A DNA stretch of 64,000 nucleotides from Lingula anatina (Eukaryota > Animalia > Brachiopoda): positions 30,696,401 to 30,760,400 of the forward strand of contig CM120641.1 in NCBI GenBank assembly GCA_051362555.1, read 5' to 3'. This document shows, piece by piece, positions 1-13,032 of the stretch. The notes under the pieces were generated by a model, which saw nothing but the letters and a program-made list of their open reading frames with translations, was not told the DNA's origin and searched no databases. How positions within the stretch are numbered: the first letter of the stretch is position 1; every line of letters starts with the position of its first letter. Position numbers and translations under genes: made by a program.

Positions 1-1
1 T

Positions 2-239
2 CATAAGGATCAATTTCCAAATCTCATAATGTTAGCCTCTTTGGCACTGGCACATCCAGTGCACACAGCGGATTGCGAAAAATTTAATTACAACTGCACT
101 AAGAAATAGACTCAATCCAGAGAATATTGATGCACTCATGAGAATAAAAATAGAAGGAAGGGATTACTTTGATTTTGTTAGTTGTCTCAAAAAATGGAGG
201 CAAAAAAAGCAGAGGGTTATTTTCCACAATCATAAGTAA
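2..239 (+). pseudogene. hAT-superfamily (ZNF862-like) transposase C-terminal dimerisation region, frameshifted; N-terminus lies outside the window
   Basis: Hand translation gives HKDQFPNLIMLASLALAHPVHTADCE, then after a frameshift/deletion NLITTALRNRLNPENIDALMRIKIEG...FDFVSCLKKW...*. This matches the hATC pattern FPNLxxLAxxxLxxPxxTAxCER...RNRL; the RxFS segment is lost. Confidence 0.8.
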
Positions 240-2540
240 ACTGACTTTGCTTTTAAGAGACAGTGTATGAGAATTAAACTGTTGTTTCTGTCAATAAAAC
301 AGGCCCTCCTGATATGGATGTGGTTTGAAACATCACTAAGGGTTTTATTGTTATTAAAGAGAAAAAAAGTCAGACTGAATTATAAAAAAAGAATAAAGCA
401 CCAAATCAATATGTAATTTACCTCTAGTATTACAATATTGATAACCATCAAATGTATTAAAACATGATTACCAAAAAAATCCCACTCATAGGCAAAAATC
501 CCACTGCTTCATTTCCAGTGGGATAAAATATCCCTGCATTTAGCATAGTTACACTCCTCACATATGTATATATTTGACATGAGGACTATAATGGAAGGGC
601 AGCATTAACCCTCTTTGCCACCCAAAGGCACTTGTGATGACACAAAAACGTAAATTTAACTGATGGTTTAAAAAGTATAAATTTACGAAAATCTTATACG
701 TGTAACACAATAGAAAAAAAATTATCTAAGTTATATTTTGGTAAATTTGATATTGATCTTTAAATTTGAAAAAAGGTTCCTTTATTAGTTCAATCTTTGC
801 CAGGTCCAAGTAAATTTTTGAATAGACTAGACATTTTCACCTATTGCATTACTATTTGTAATAACAAGACAATGACTCTGTCAAATTTGTTTTTAGAATC
901 ATCATATAACAGTTATATTGAATAAAAAATTAGATCAAAAGTCACCTATCTGGCACATACCTAGTGTCATTATTATTTTCTTAGTCTCTTCACGTAGCCA
1001 GTGCCAGCTTGCAAGGTCTATAATTATACATGGCACGGGGCTGCAATACTGAACAACCTATTTTCTTGTGTGAAAACTAGGCAATGTGTTTGACCGTAGA
1101 TGATCTATTTCACTGGCCAGTCATTTTAAACTAAAAATGAAATAAACATAGAATCCAAGTGTAGAATGGGTCAAGCAGCAGTTAGTGAGTAGCAGATAAT
1201 TGCTCCTTACCCCAGGAAAATTCATTGGGGGGAGGGGAGGAGGAGGAGGGTTAGATCCGGTGGAGAACTTCTTTAACTACTAGCAATAAACTCAATAAAT
1301 ACCATGGGCAGTTTTTAAATAATGTGACCTTTAAAAAGTTTGAATCAATTGCAGTTAAACAGTATTACACTCATGACATTTTGGCTATATTTTTAGCTTT
1401 TCACTTTTACTTTTTTTTTAATTAGCATTTTTTTTTTCGAGTTATGAACAACCTTGAGACCCCTATCTCAAACAATAAGATGAGAATTATGAAGTTTTCA
1501 AAACATCACCCAACTATTCTGAAGATAAATTGACAGGGCTTCAGCTGACAGTGGTGCAAATTTTAAAAGTCACTTTTATCCGGGAGATTTGGTAACCTGT
1601 ACGGGTGACGGGGAGATTCATTCTGTATTCAGGAGACTCCCAGAGAGTCGACATGTATACAACAAGCCCAAATGAATCTCTCTGACGACCAAGTTTGACT
1701 TCAGGAAAACTTGAATGACTGAACGCCGTTTTGTGTTGATTAGATCTATGATTTTGTAACATAATTACCAACTAGAGAAATGGCAATGCACCAATTGTAT
1801 TGTATTGTCATTAGTATATCATATTGTTCAAGGTTATGACAATCTATGTACCAGTACAGAAATAATTAAATAAATTGAATTGAAAAAAAAAATAAATTGA
1901 AAAAATGAAAGACACGTATGTAGATAAGATTTGTTTGTTACCACAAACCAGAAGTCTTAGAGCATTTATCAGAAGGGAAGCAAATAGGCTTTATACTTAC
2001 CCAATAAACTAAAATGCACTCTTCTTCGATTGTGTTAACTTGCAAAACTACATGTATTCTGCTGTTTCCCATGCCAAAAAAATCTTCACTGCATCTGTAA
2101 GGCGAGATGCCAGTGGCGATTGAATGGGAGAAAATGACATTTTGTTACGTTGTTAATAATCCTAGATATATTCCATAACGTACGAAATGCTTGAAAATAT
2201 TTTCCCGTCCGAAAGAACGTCTGTTGATGAAAAAAAAAAAAAAAAAAAAGACCCGCAGTGAAAACACAATCAACATATCTGTCACAACTAACACACTATA
2301 TCGGAGGAGAATCGGCGCCCATCAAGCGCATCAAAGTTCAGCGCTACGTTCAAGCCAAGATCTTCTGATTTTTAGTTCAAATACAAATTGATAATATTTT
2401 GGTTGAAAAGGATTTGAATTGGTCATTATTTAAAAGGATCCCAGTGTTCATTATTTAAAAGGAAAAGAAGTTATTTTTTACACTCCCTTTTTATTTTAAT
2501 TTTCTGGGATGGTAGGTCTACCGGTATTGCCCGATATATA

Positions 2541-3044
2541 GATCCAGGATTATTTGAGGGGGGGGGGGGGGGGGGGGTCCGCCGCGGATGCTTTGCTTAC
2601 TCGAACTGATGACGTAGCAGCAGCTTTTTTGGACTGAAAACTGTAAGATCGATTTCAAGCAGATTTCCCTCACCTGAAGATAATATTCATGTGTAATGTG
2701 GGGCTCAGCTAGACCAGTTTTATTATTTCTCCAAAGCGGCCGAACTCCCAACCCCGAAGTACTGCACACTGCACTACACCTACGTGTAGGTGAATGTTCA
2801 CATTTTCTCTTTCCGGTTGTAAAGACGACGCACACCAACATATCATAATGTGCAGCGAGGAACCATAGATATTGGTTCACTATGTGTCTTATCCCGCCCC
2901 TCCCTGTATTGTAACCTTGATTACCCTTATATACACAAGCAAGCTGTCTGTAATTTCAGTCAACTCTATCATTTATGGCAGCAGTTTCAATAAAATATAG
3001 TTTAGGACTTCCAGGCCTTATAAAAGAAATAGGCGTTTAACGGT

Positions 3045-3075
<31 letters not shown>

Positions 3076-3140
3076 GGGGGGGGGAGGGGGGGCTCGCATA
3101 CGTGGAACCCCACCTTCAAATAATCCTGGATCCGCCCCCT
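2541..3140. mobile_element. Probable MITE or MITE ends (CAGGGGGCGGATCCAGG type) with poly-G tracts
   Basis: gatccaggattatttga at 2541 is the inverted repeat of tcaaataatcctggatc(cgccccctg) ending at 3140. The left end is truncated and no TSD is visible. A related end occurs at ~9975-9990. Confidence 0.4.
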
Positions 3141-3689
3141 GTGTAAATCTGTCGAAGAGGAAATGCGTCGAAGAGAGCCAAGGCCCCCAAGAAGTATAAA
3201 TTTGAGCGGGAGAGTGCAAGGGAAGTCTTTATTTGAGTAGTTAAAAATATGTATATTATCACTAGCTGGTGAAACACTACATGTATTTCGGTCTAATTTT
3301 ATCACAGGTGAGGTGAAAATAACTTAGCTTAAGATTTGGTCATTAGAGAAAAAAATATCTCACATGATGAACTTCTGAGAGCTGTCTGAAATAGAAATTA
3401 AAAAACCAAGTTTTCAGCTCACCGTATCTACACCTGAACAAAGTTGATCAACCATGCCAGATTAGGAATGGGAGGAAAAAATGTCAAGTTCGAACACATG
3501 CTCATTCGCCGCCACTTTGAACTCGACTGCTGGGATTGTGTGATGGGCGGTCACACTTGCCAATACTTCCATGTATCAGTGAATAACCAGTTATCATGCA
3601 CGAATGTTAACAGTTTTTCTTTACGGATGACAGGCCTCAGATGCGAAGCCGACCCTCGCCCCCTCCTCCATCCCCTTTGACGTGGGGTT

Positions 3690-3883
3690 CGGGGCCCGCT
3701 GAAGGGTACCGAAAATTTTTGGTATGTAAGAGGGCGAACAGTGCCATTTGCTACGGTCTAGAACTATGATTAAGCTAGTCCAGAGAGGAGTATTGGTGTG
3801 GTTTAATATCCAGGAACTGAAGGGGGGGGGGGGGGGGGGGGGGGGGGGCAGGACCCCCTGAGACCCCCCTAAACCAGCCACTG
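3690..3883 (-). mobile_element. Non-autonomous DNA transposon fragment (CAGTG-start family); second copy at 60926-61100
   Basis: The reverse complement of 3700-3780 aligns with 61016-61095 (ctag(c/t)t(t/g)aatcatagttcta(g/a)acc...caaatggcac...taccaaa). Both copies begin cagtg...tttag. Confidence 0.55.
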
Positions 3884-4979
3884 CTCAGGCTGCAGTGTTT
3901 TGCCTGTGCTGCGGTCTCGGTCTCATTGTGACGACTAGCACAAAATCCATGCGTCGTGCTTACGGACGGCTTACGAAAGGTCTCAAAAAGTGTTAAATTT
4001 CGACCAGGTTTTTTGCGCTCCCACAAAAAAAAAAAAAAAAAAAAAAAGAAGAAGAAGGAGAAGAAGAAATAGAAGCCTGTCCCTTCCTGTGTTGATGTGA
4101 AAAAAGTGGGCAGGGGGCTTTTAAACAAATTCATTAAATTAAACCAAGAATTTCAAGTCTTTGATTAGACCAGCCCGACTTATTCCTATTCACACGTAAT
4201 TGAAATCTGGAGTTTTTATACTTATGAAGTACTACAAATATATCGCATATTAAAGCTCGAAAGATTGTTAACGCATTGCATAAAATTGTTTTCAGTTTTA
4301 ATTTGTCAGTTTTAATTGTGTAGTTTATTTGAAAACAACAGTTTTCAAGCACGCTCCTGTCAATATACAGAGACGGGCTACTTATTGACCCGGCCCTTTA
4401 TAAGGAACGAACAAAACCGGTAGTTTTTAATTTTACCTGGTTTTACCTGGTCACTAACATCATTATCTCGGCCTTTCTCTCTCCGTAGCTTATGAAAAAG
4501 TTGGCAAGGTTTTACTTTTTATACCATTCGTTCTCTAAATGACCCAAAAATATTCATCGGGTGTAAAAGAACGAGTATGATTAAAGTAATATGTTCAGTT
4601 CGTATACGAAGTTCCGATTTCGTACGAGCACCAAAGAAAGGATCATGGAGCAACAAACATCGACAACAACGTTAATTCATGTATAGTCATTTTACATCAT
4701 ATCCAGAAAAAGAATGACAACTGATTTTAGTACAATTAAAAACGCCTGTGAAAGAACCCGGGACTCTTTCACATTGTTAAATTTCAGTCTCTCGGTTGAA
4801 ATAAAAAAATCTGATGTTTTTTAACGCGCTGCAAGAAAAAAAAAAAGAAAAGAAAATGCCCTCTACCTTCAGAATGTTACGACATGTATTGATATAGACA
4901 GGAATGTGTCAAATTCAAACAGGCTAATTCAGCTTTGATGAAAGCTGTTAATCGCACACGACTATGAATGACAGTTTTT

Positions 4980-5298
4980 TTAAACAAACGTCAAACACAA
5001 TTACTACACTCTTCTCTCCGAACATGTAAAAACCCCTATATCCTTTGATAGACAAGATGCCAATCAAATTCATTAATTTTAATAGCTGCTGTCAAGTAAT
5101 AACAGCTTGATTGGCAGGTTATATAAACAAACGTCAATCACAATCATTACACGGTGGATTACTATAGTCGTCGAACACATTTAATTCAAGCTTCCTACAC
5201 CCTTTGATTGACAAGGTGCCAATCCAATTTAGTTAGTTTTGATAGTTGCTGTCAAAAATAACAGATCGATTGGCAGGTTATATAAACAAACGTCAATC
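4980..5298 (+). repeat. Degenerate ~150-160 bp direct repeat (2 to 2.5 units) with an internal inverted repeat
   Basis: tttgat..acaag.tgccaatc...gattggcaggttatataaacaaacgtcaatc occurs at 5043-5140 and 5203-5297; taaacaaacgtcaa also at 4981. Confidence 0.75.
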
Positions 5299-6244
5299 TT
5301 CGCGCACTGTGATTTCTCTCGCAGTGAATCAGTGAGTACGCCGAAAGACAGCGCTAAAATCTGAAGTTATAGTAATTAAATTGCAAAATATTTCAAGAGA
5401 ATATGTGCAACATGTTTCCAAAACTAGTTCTCTTTTTGAACCCTTCAGCGTCTCTAATACGACAATCTAGATTAAAAACTATTTTGTAAAAAGAAGAATT
5501 TAGCAAAAGAAACCAATTTAAAAACAGATTCAAGTAAAGAAATATGACATTTGACGTTATTCTGGAGGTAGCGCATGGGTCATTTCGTGCGTGGAAGAAG
5601 GAAGGATAAATGTTTTTGCATTATGTGTGGAATATTGACAGGTTCTTTTACTGTCAAAGACTTTCTGCAAATAAATAAATAAATTAATTAATTAAACGAT
5701 ACTAATTAATCTTCATTAAAGGTGACATTCGTGTTGTGGTTGAGGTAAGTGGTTTAATTTTTGCGGGGGTAATTGTCAGCAAGGACCTGTTATAATAAGA
5801 TACGTGGATGGGAAAGAAAAATATAACTGTTAACAAAAATATTACTGTCCTATTTAACAAACAAACCACTCTTGTAACTATTTGTTGGTTTATTTCACTG
5901 CAATAAAGCGTGGATAAAATAGTTCAAAACGCCCTCACAGTGCCCTTGTTTATGCGACTTCAGCTGCTGGGGTTAGGTGAAGGGGTGAGGACAGGTGTGA
6001 TTTATTTTTCAGAAACCGAAGAGTCATGACCCCCCCCCCTCTAAATCGCCACTGGTTTATTATAACTAGCCAATCCTCCAGTCATTTCAAGCGGTCAATA
6101 CACGTCTTCAACACATATCTTAAATCACATGATTATTTGACATGCTATTACAACACTTACAGGACATTCAACTTTATCTTATATAAGACTTTAAAGCGAT
6201 GCATGTATTTAATTTCCTCGAGAAATGATATTTTGACATAGGGG

Positions 6245-6632
6245 GCCCGGTCCATATGTAAAAACAACTTTTAATACGCGGTAATATTCTGACGTTTGTC
6301 TTGTCTCAACATGGTTGTGACGTCTACCACAAAATTGATGGAAATGTGCTAGATGTGACAAGCCGTTGGCCGCTGTAAATGCATATAGTAGGCCATAATT
6401 ACCGATTTTTAACCATTTACCTAAAACATCTTGTAAAAGGGTTTTTAAAGTGCGTCTTTTTGGTACTTCTGTTCCTCATCTACTGATACGCATAGTTGAC
6501 ATTGTAATATAAAGTTTTTCATGAATCTTTTAAATGCAGTATTAGTTGCAAGGTATACTATCAACACACAAGACACGATGCATTTTTCACTTGTGTCCTT
6601 CATGTACGACAAGACGCAACACCACATACAAT
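6245..6632 (-). pseudogene. Decayed intronless ORF remnant, CGxRHNH family (putative DEDD-like nuclease), copy 1
   Basis: Minus strand reads GTEVPKRRTLKTLLQDVLGKWLKIGNYGLLYAFTAANGLSHLAHFHQFCGRRHNHVETRQTSEYYRVLKVVFTYG. It is a nucleotide paralog of 7250-7620. The nuclease assignment is inferred. Confidence 0.45.
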
Positions 6633-7050
6633 GCGGGATTTTTTCATGATTTGGTATAGCGGAACAGCTGGGGAGGAAAGGAAGAAATTAGCAAACGTTG
6701 TAAAAACTGCAAGCAGGATTATCGGACAAGATCTCCCCAAGCTGGATGATATTTTTAAGGACAGGATGGAGAAAAGAATTGTCAATACCATGAAAGACGC
6801 TTTCCATCCTGCATCCTCTCTTTTTACTTTTTTACCAAGCAACAGTAGACTTTTAACTTTTAAAGGCAGTAAACGCTTTTTAAACAGCTTTTATCCAAGT
6901 GCAGTGACGCATTTTAATTTGATCTCAAAGCTAAATTCTTAATTTATTTATTTATTATTTTATTATTTTACTCTGTATATTGCTCCAATGGAAAATGATT
7001 TCCGATTTTTATAATTGGCTAAATAAACTCTTAACTCTTATCTTACTTAT
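6631..7050 (+). mobile_element. 5'-truncated Rex1/Babar-like LINE: ORF2 C-terminus plus 3' tail
   Basis: ORF 6631-6942 reads WYSG...RKKLANVVKTASRIIGQDLP...HPASSLFTFLPS...RFLNSFYPSAV, the typical post-RT C-terminus of Rex1-like elements. It is followed by AATAAA and a short repetitive tail (ctcttaactcttatcttactta) at 7022-7050. Confidence 0.85.
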
Positions 7051-7249
7051 TCAGTGGATCTAAGAGGGAGGGGGCCACGTGCCCCTCCCTTTATACCTAT
7101 AACTTCTGAAATACACATTTTCCCAATCCCACCCCTCTTCCACGCACATTTGCACTTTTGCACTTCTTCTAGCTATTCTCAGATCAAAGTAAAATGATAT
7201 TATAAGTAATTGTTAAGTAAGTTACTCTACTAAAATTGACATCTACTAA

Positions 7250-7850
7250 AAACAATTTTTACACGCGGTATATTTTGGCTTCTGTCCTGTCTCAACATGG
7301 TTGTGACGACAACCACAGATTTCATGGAAATGTGCTAGATGTGACAAGCCCTTGGCAGCTGTAAATATGTACATATAATAGGCCATTAAATCAACGGTTT
7401 TTTAACCATTTATCTCAATAAAGAATATCGTTAAAATGTTTTAATGCATGTCTCTTGGCACTTAAGTTCCTCATCTACCGATCAGAAAATAACAGAAGAC
7501 AAATGTTGAATGAAAGTTGTTCATAAATCTGTAATAAGAAGTATTACTTGCAATGTACATGTATATTACCATAGCGCGAGACACAGTGTGTTTTTATTTG
7601 TATCATACTACACTGTTTTACATTTGCCGAACGAAAAGAGACATTTTTATCCTACATCACCCTTCCTCTTTCAACACAAAGTCTTAGATCCCCGAGTGAA
7701 ATACCTTTAGGTTTTGGTGACATGATGAGAATTTTTTCTCTTCGTCGAGGTACATGTACATTCTATTTCACTAAAGACTGGAACCCAAAGTGATGTTAGC
7801 TGGTACCTCACGACAACCATGATTATATTTTTAACCGAATATGCTTATCA
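7250..7850 (-). pseudogene. Decayed ORF remnant, CGxRHNH family, copy 2
   Basis: Minus strand reads YIFTAAKGLSHLAHFHEICGCRHNHVETGQKPKY. It is a direct nucleotide paralog of 6260-6600. Upstream it reads KNIIMVVVRY...VFSEIEC. Confidence 0.45.
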
Positions 7851-8776
7851 CGAGTGTTGCATCTGAATTTTCTTGATTATTCGTTGCATGTGTTCATAGA
7901 AAGTTAATTTTCAGATAACTGTTTAGTCTGCTATAAAAATGAAAAATATAAATAATACATATAATTTTTATAATGAGATAAATGAGTGTGTTTTAGTTAA
8001 AAAGTCAAAATAAAGTCAACTGTTAATTTGCTGCATTTTGATTGCAGAAAAAAACATGTAGTCACATATATGTTCCCTGAATTTGACAGTTTTTGTTATT
8101 TTCTACAACTATAAATCGCAAAACCTTGTAATTTTAAATGAACTGCTCATTGTAAGTGACGTGGCACAGAAGATCACTCCTAAATACTCACACGGCTATA
8201 TCTATAGATTTTAGAAAGGGTCATTCTTCTAAAACTTTCTTGAATTTAGCCAAGAAAATGGCCTACTTAGAACTCGTTGGCCCAAACGTAAAAGGTCTGG
8301 AATAATTATCAAAACTAGGTTAACTTTTGCCGATTAATGTGATTTCGGAGGAAATAAAAGTCCTGGAATCATGATGAAGACAAATGTTAAATTTTCTTGC
8401 TTCATCTTTGTAGTGCTTACATTTTCTTTGTACCTCTGTCATATTACTCCGTTGCTATTTTGCTATTAGGCCTATAGAGAGAGCGAGAGAGAGAGACGCT
8501 ATTTCTACATAAAACTTAAACTGCAAATGAGCACAAAGCTTAATTTTTTGTGAAAAAATGTATTTTTTTGTGTAATCTGTGTCAACTTTACATTATTTAA
8601 GTCGTCATTTGCCTTGCATATCCTTATTATCCTACTGGTTAAAACAAAATAACAAAGATTGAGATGAATGTTCAGTGACTCAGTAATATACATAAAAATC
8701 ATGAATCATCAAAGAGAAAAAGCCGTCTCCGAGACATCTGGACACATCAAATGGAAACTTTCTACTTTCTCACAGA

Positions 8777-9022
8777 GGGGTCATGCCGATACTCCCCCGC
8801 ACCGTTACTCCCCCGCACCGATACTCCCCTGCACCGATACTTCCCCTTAGTAAATTTTTGCATTATGCACATTGATACGACCCCACACCGATAGATCCCC
8901 GCATCGATAAATCCCCTCTAAAATTGCCGTTATACGCGCACCGTTACCCCCTCCCCCACACACCGATACTCCCCCGCATTGTTGTTTCCCCGCACCGATA
9001 CTCCCCCGCATCATTACTCCCC
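8777..9022 (+). repeat. 15-bp tandem subrepeats (ccgatactcccccgca-like), probably one arm of a fold-back-type MITE
   Basis: About 11 degenerate copies in two blocks following ggggtcatg. No partner arm was found. Confidence 0.7.
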
Positions 9023-9069
9023 CTTTGCAATTTCCACGAAACTGAGGGTCTGGGTGACAGAGAGTCAAC

Positions 9070-9830
9070 CCTCCATTTAATTATACAGGTTAGGGTCAGT
9101 CTACGTAAGTGGATTAAAATCTAGGGCGGGGCTTACCTATGCAAATTGATGGGAACCGGACTGTCTATCATGGGAGAGTCTGTCACCTCACATCGATATT
9201 GTTTCACATATAGATTTGATAAATTGGTCAACGAGTCGGAAGCACGGCCTACATTGTATAAGAAATACTTTTTTCAAATGGAAAAACGCTTTGGATATTG
9301 GTGAGATATGTGGAAAAAAAATGGCCGCAGGGAAATCCTTGATGATGTTGTTTTTATGCTATTGCGTATACAAATCTTAATTGCTTAAAATTGAACATCG
9401 GTATTGTTCAAAAGAGGCCGCAAAGTTCCTAAAAAACTTGGACGACAACACATTAGCCTCGGTCACAACCGGCCGAACGGGCTCTTACGACCCGTTTGAA
9501 TCCAAATTTTGTGGAGAATCATCCCCAGAAATGCACTGCATGACGTCACGCTTAGCCCACTGCGCATGCGTGCACTTTTAATGAGTTGCTAGATTGCCAT
9601 AGGAAAATAAATGGGTTCGCGATTTGTGGGTAATTCGTGATAATTGACAAACTAACGGCCTGATGCCGATAGACAGCAAGGCTGTTCTATGCTTCAAGCA
9701 ACTCCTGACCAAATATCGCTAGGGTTTTTAAAAAAATTCTGTTGTACACACGTACTAAGAAGTTTGCCGTGTATTGCCTAGCCTACCCTCAGCAAAACGC
9801 ACATATTTTCAGAAATAGTGATTTTAGACG
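9070..9830 (+). pseudogene. Possible additional decayed DEDD-like ORF remnant on the + strand
   Basis: Reads HLIIQVRV...YLCKLMG...SHRYCFTYRFDKL...RPTL...YCSKEAAKFLKNL...FCCTH...KTHIFSEI across stops and frameshifts. Only the motif order is similar. Confidence 0.25.
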
Positions 9831-10871
9831 GTAGATTCACTCAGAAACAAAGACAAACTAATTCGTTGCCGATAGCTCCAGCAGATAGCAGCACCATACA
9901 GAGTCTGATTAAAAACTTTCATGGCAATTGAAGAACTTTTAACACTGTACAAAAAAAACTTCGCATCCGGGACCCCCCCTTCAAGCAATCCTGGGGGAAT
10001 ATTTGATTTGGTAGCTTCAATTATATTTTTCTATTATTAATATTATCAATCGATTTGATATCAAAATACAGATTAATCAAAATCACCACCTTTGAAATCT
10101 CTGATTTGAGCATCACTTCCTGTCAGCTTTATTACTAAAGACAATCTCATTTGCAAATAAGAGAAAAAATCCGTTTTTATCTTATGCTGGGTCCTTTACA
10201 TATTTTTTTCATTATTTTTAAAAAGTATTGTTCCTTCTTTACTGACACATTTATAGATATTTTATCAATATGAGTAATTTAATAATTATATAATCATAAA
10301 AACAACACATTCCAGACGTGAATGACGTAATCTCTCCCAAGTCATAAAATTAGTAAAATAGCGCTGACTGGTGAAGTAGGTCAATTGCCTGTGTTATTCT
10401 CGGGTTATTCTCCCATACGATTATTGATTTTTTCTAACGTGGAACATTTAAGGGGGAGGATGAAGAGAGAGAGAGGTGTCGAATTACCCAAAATATTTGG
10501 CATGCCTAGAATAACTGAAGGTAAAATATACTGGAAAATTAAGAAAAGTTAAAAAGCAAGATGCATTCATTCAATTGCAGCGAGTACAAGTTTACAGATA
10601 TTATGAGATCTTTGTATTTCATCTGCCTCTCCCTAAAATGACGCTGACCGCGTTAACTCTTCCGCTCCCCGGAAACGCAGAGAATCCAGCGCCTAGTGGC
10701 AGCATGAGACATCGATACCGGATACGTGCACACAGTAGCTGGGGTGGGTTAGGAGGGGGTTAACCCCCCCCCCCCCCCCACCCCCCCACCCCCATACACA
10801 CAGATTTCCAACCACACGTCAGTATTCAGCGGAGAGAGTGTGGTGGACTAACATTATATACTTTCCTTCAG

Positions 10872-10901
10872 CTCGAGGAAGACAGTACCAGGGACACTCA
10901 G
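10872..10901 (+). other. Candidate 30-nt exon
   Basis: Acceptor ctttccttcag| and donor cag|gtaaac; reads LEEDSTRDTQ. Confidence 0.35.
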
Positions 10902-11643
10902 GTAAACAGATTAGAGATGTGGTCAGCAGTGAACTGGATGCAATGGTCATTGTCACTGTCAGTGGGTTTATATATTGATATTATTATTATTTGATCTATT
11001 TGGTATCAATGCTATGTTTATCAATATCTTTCTGGGATCAGGCATGGAATTTCTGTCACCAGATTTCTGTTATGTCTAAAAGTTCGCTCTGGGAATCTGC
11101 AGAAAGGATGAAAAAATCAGTGTACGGAGAGGAATAGGAAAGATTTTTCTCACTGAACTACTTTTTCATGTTTTGAAGACAACATATTTTATTCTTAGTC
11201 TGCAGAACTGACTTTTTAAATGCATTCTTTTATTTTGCCGGAAAAAATAATCAAAATTTTAACCAGTACACTAACACATGTAGCTGTATTGTCACATGCC
11301 TGTGGACAGTGTCCAGGTAGATAGCCACAGTTAACACCTGATGACAGCATCCAGGTCTTGGAATAGTAATTATAGTTAGGAAAATGTGACATGATTATAT
11401 TTTAATGTTTTGATGCAGGAATATCATTTTCTTTGCGTTGGTTATCCTACACATGTACATATTGTATTTTATTGAAAAGAAAAACTTTGATTTCTTTCTA
11501 AAGAGAACTTAAATATGACCTTGTTTGATTTATATTTATAGCTGTATCAACAAACAATTTGTAAATGGAGAAGTTATTTGCATTAAAAAAATAATATAAT
11601 TGTTTAGATAAACGTTTTTTTAATTCAGTTACTTTATTTTCAG

Positions 11644-11728
11644 GAAGTTGACTCTAGATGGCAGCGTTGATGTTTGTGACAAAACGATAGATGCAGATGA
11701 ATGTATTGAATTTGTTCTCCAAAAAGAG
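11644..11728 (+). other. Candidate exon of a decayed gene or lncRNA
   Basis: Acceptor tttattttcag| and strong donor gag|gtgagt; one open frame, KLTLDGSVDVCDKTIDADECIEFVLQKE. Confidence 0.55.
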
Positions 11729-13032
11729 GTGAGTAATCTAAAAATAATGTCTTATTTTCAGTAAATTGTAATAGATTTTATTAAAGGTGCTGAAATGTCA
11801 AGCTTATTATAAAATGCTTATTACAGCATATAAAGGTTTTGCAAAGTCATAATTTTCAAGTTTATATATCTTTTAAACATCTTTCCTCATTCATTTCTGA
11901 TCTTTAAAAGAGGTTGACAGTATAATCTGATTTAACCTAAAGGTGAAGCGAAATCATGGTGAATTGTATTGAGACAATTGCAAGCTGTCTTGGCTGCTTT
12001 GGGCCCTCTTTAACATGTTAATTTCTGGTTGTGAAATTTTATGAGTTTTTGACAAAAGTGATTGATTTATGATAGTTTTTATTATCATATTGGGATGGGT
12101 ATATCTTTGATGTGCATCTGTACATACACCCATGGCATCAGCTTTAAGTGTGTTGTAGTCTCAGTGGACCACCAGGTAACTGTCAGACAGGATTGGTTAA
12201 CCATTGTCTAGTATGGTATAAGCATGGTTTACCCTGGGGAAAGGCTGTTTTGTGTCAACTTTCTTGCCAGATAAAGAGTTGTTATCTCTTTATGTACTTG
12301 TGCACATTATGGAAAAGTGATTGTGATTTTGCTGGTGAACAAAGAAATATTGCATTAAAATCGACAACAAACCTGTTTTGTAGACTATTATAGCATTATT
12401 ATTATCTGCTTTATGACTGTATATTGAACAGCTTTGCTGCCTTGTTTTCAACAATTCTTGTTATTCAGTTAAGAAGTGTCATACTTTTTCAAACAAAAAT
12501 CAAATAATCAAATGTTTCTTCTTTGAACTTGGTTCTTGCTTAGACCTCTGCAGTTCATACACCCTGTTTTAATGCTTGTCATAAACATTAAACAACATTT
12601 AATAAAAAAAGGGCCATCCAACATCACTGCACCCATCACTCAGTAGGATGCACTTCTTGTTCGATTAGGGTTTTGTGATCATTTTTATATATAATACCCA
12701 ATAAACAGCACTTCTTTCAATTTATTGTCATTTCTTTTTCAATTTTTCTTCTAATATTCAAGTATTTGATATTCACTGGTATCACTGTTTTAGCTTCGCA
12801 ATATACAATGCCATTAAAGAACCATGCCTGTTTATTCTATACAACCTATACAATATGGGTTAAAGTTATGAGGGACGAAAATCATTTTGGTCACTTTACC
12901 ACTGTATAACACCAGATAGAACTTTATCTTACATTACGTAGTTTCTCTTGTGTTAAAAGAATGAACATTTAGATAACAATGATTGCTGTTTTATAATGGG
13001 AAGACATTGGAAATTTTGATTTCAATTGTTGC

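Noticed and set aside
606-645. piggyBac-like left end (ttaaccct...)
   Set aside because: No matching right TIR was found in the window.
2518-4134. Poly-proline / poly-Phe ORFs (also 53204-53612)
   Set aside because: They arise from poly-G/C and poly-A homopolymer tracts within MITE debris.
10686-10704. CTCF-like motif or promoter (cagcgcctagtggcagca)
   Set aside because: Only a partial match; it cannot be supported from sequence alone.
11039-11302. hAT MITE with caggcatg / catgcctg ends
   Set aside because: The inverted repeat is only 8 bp and there is no TSD.
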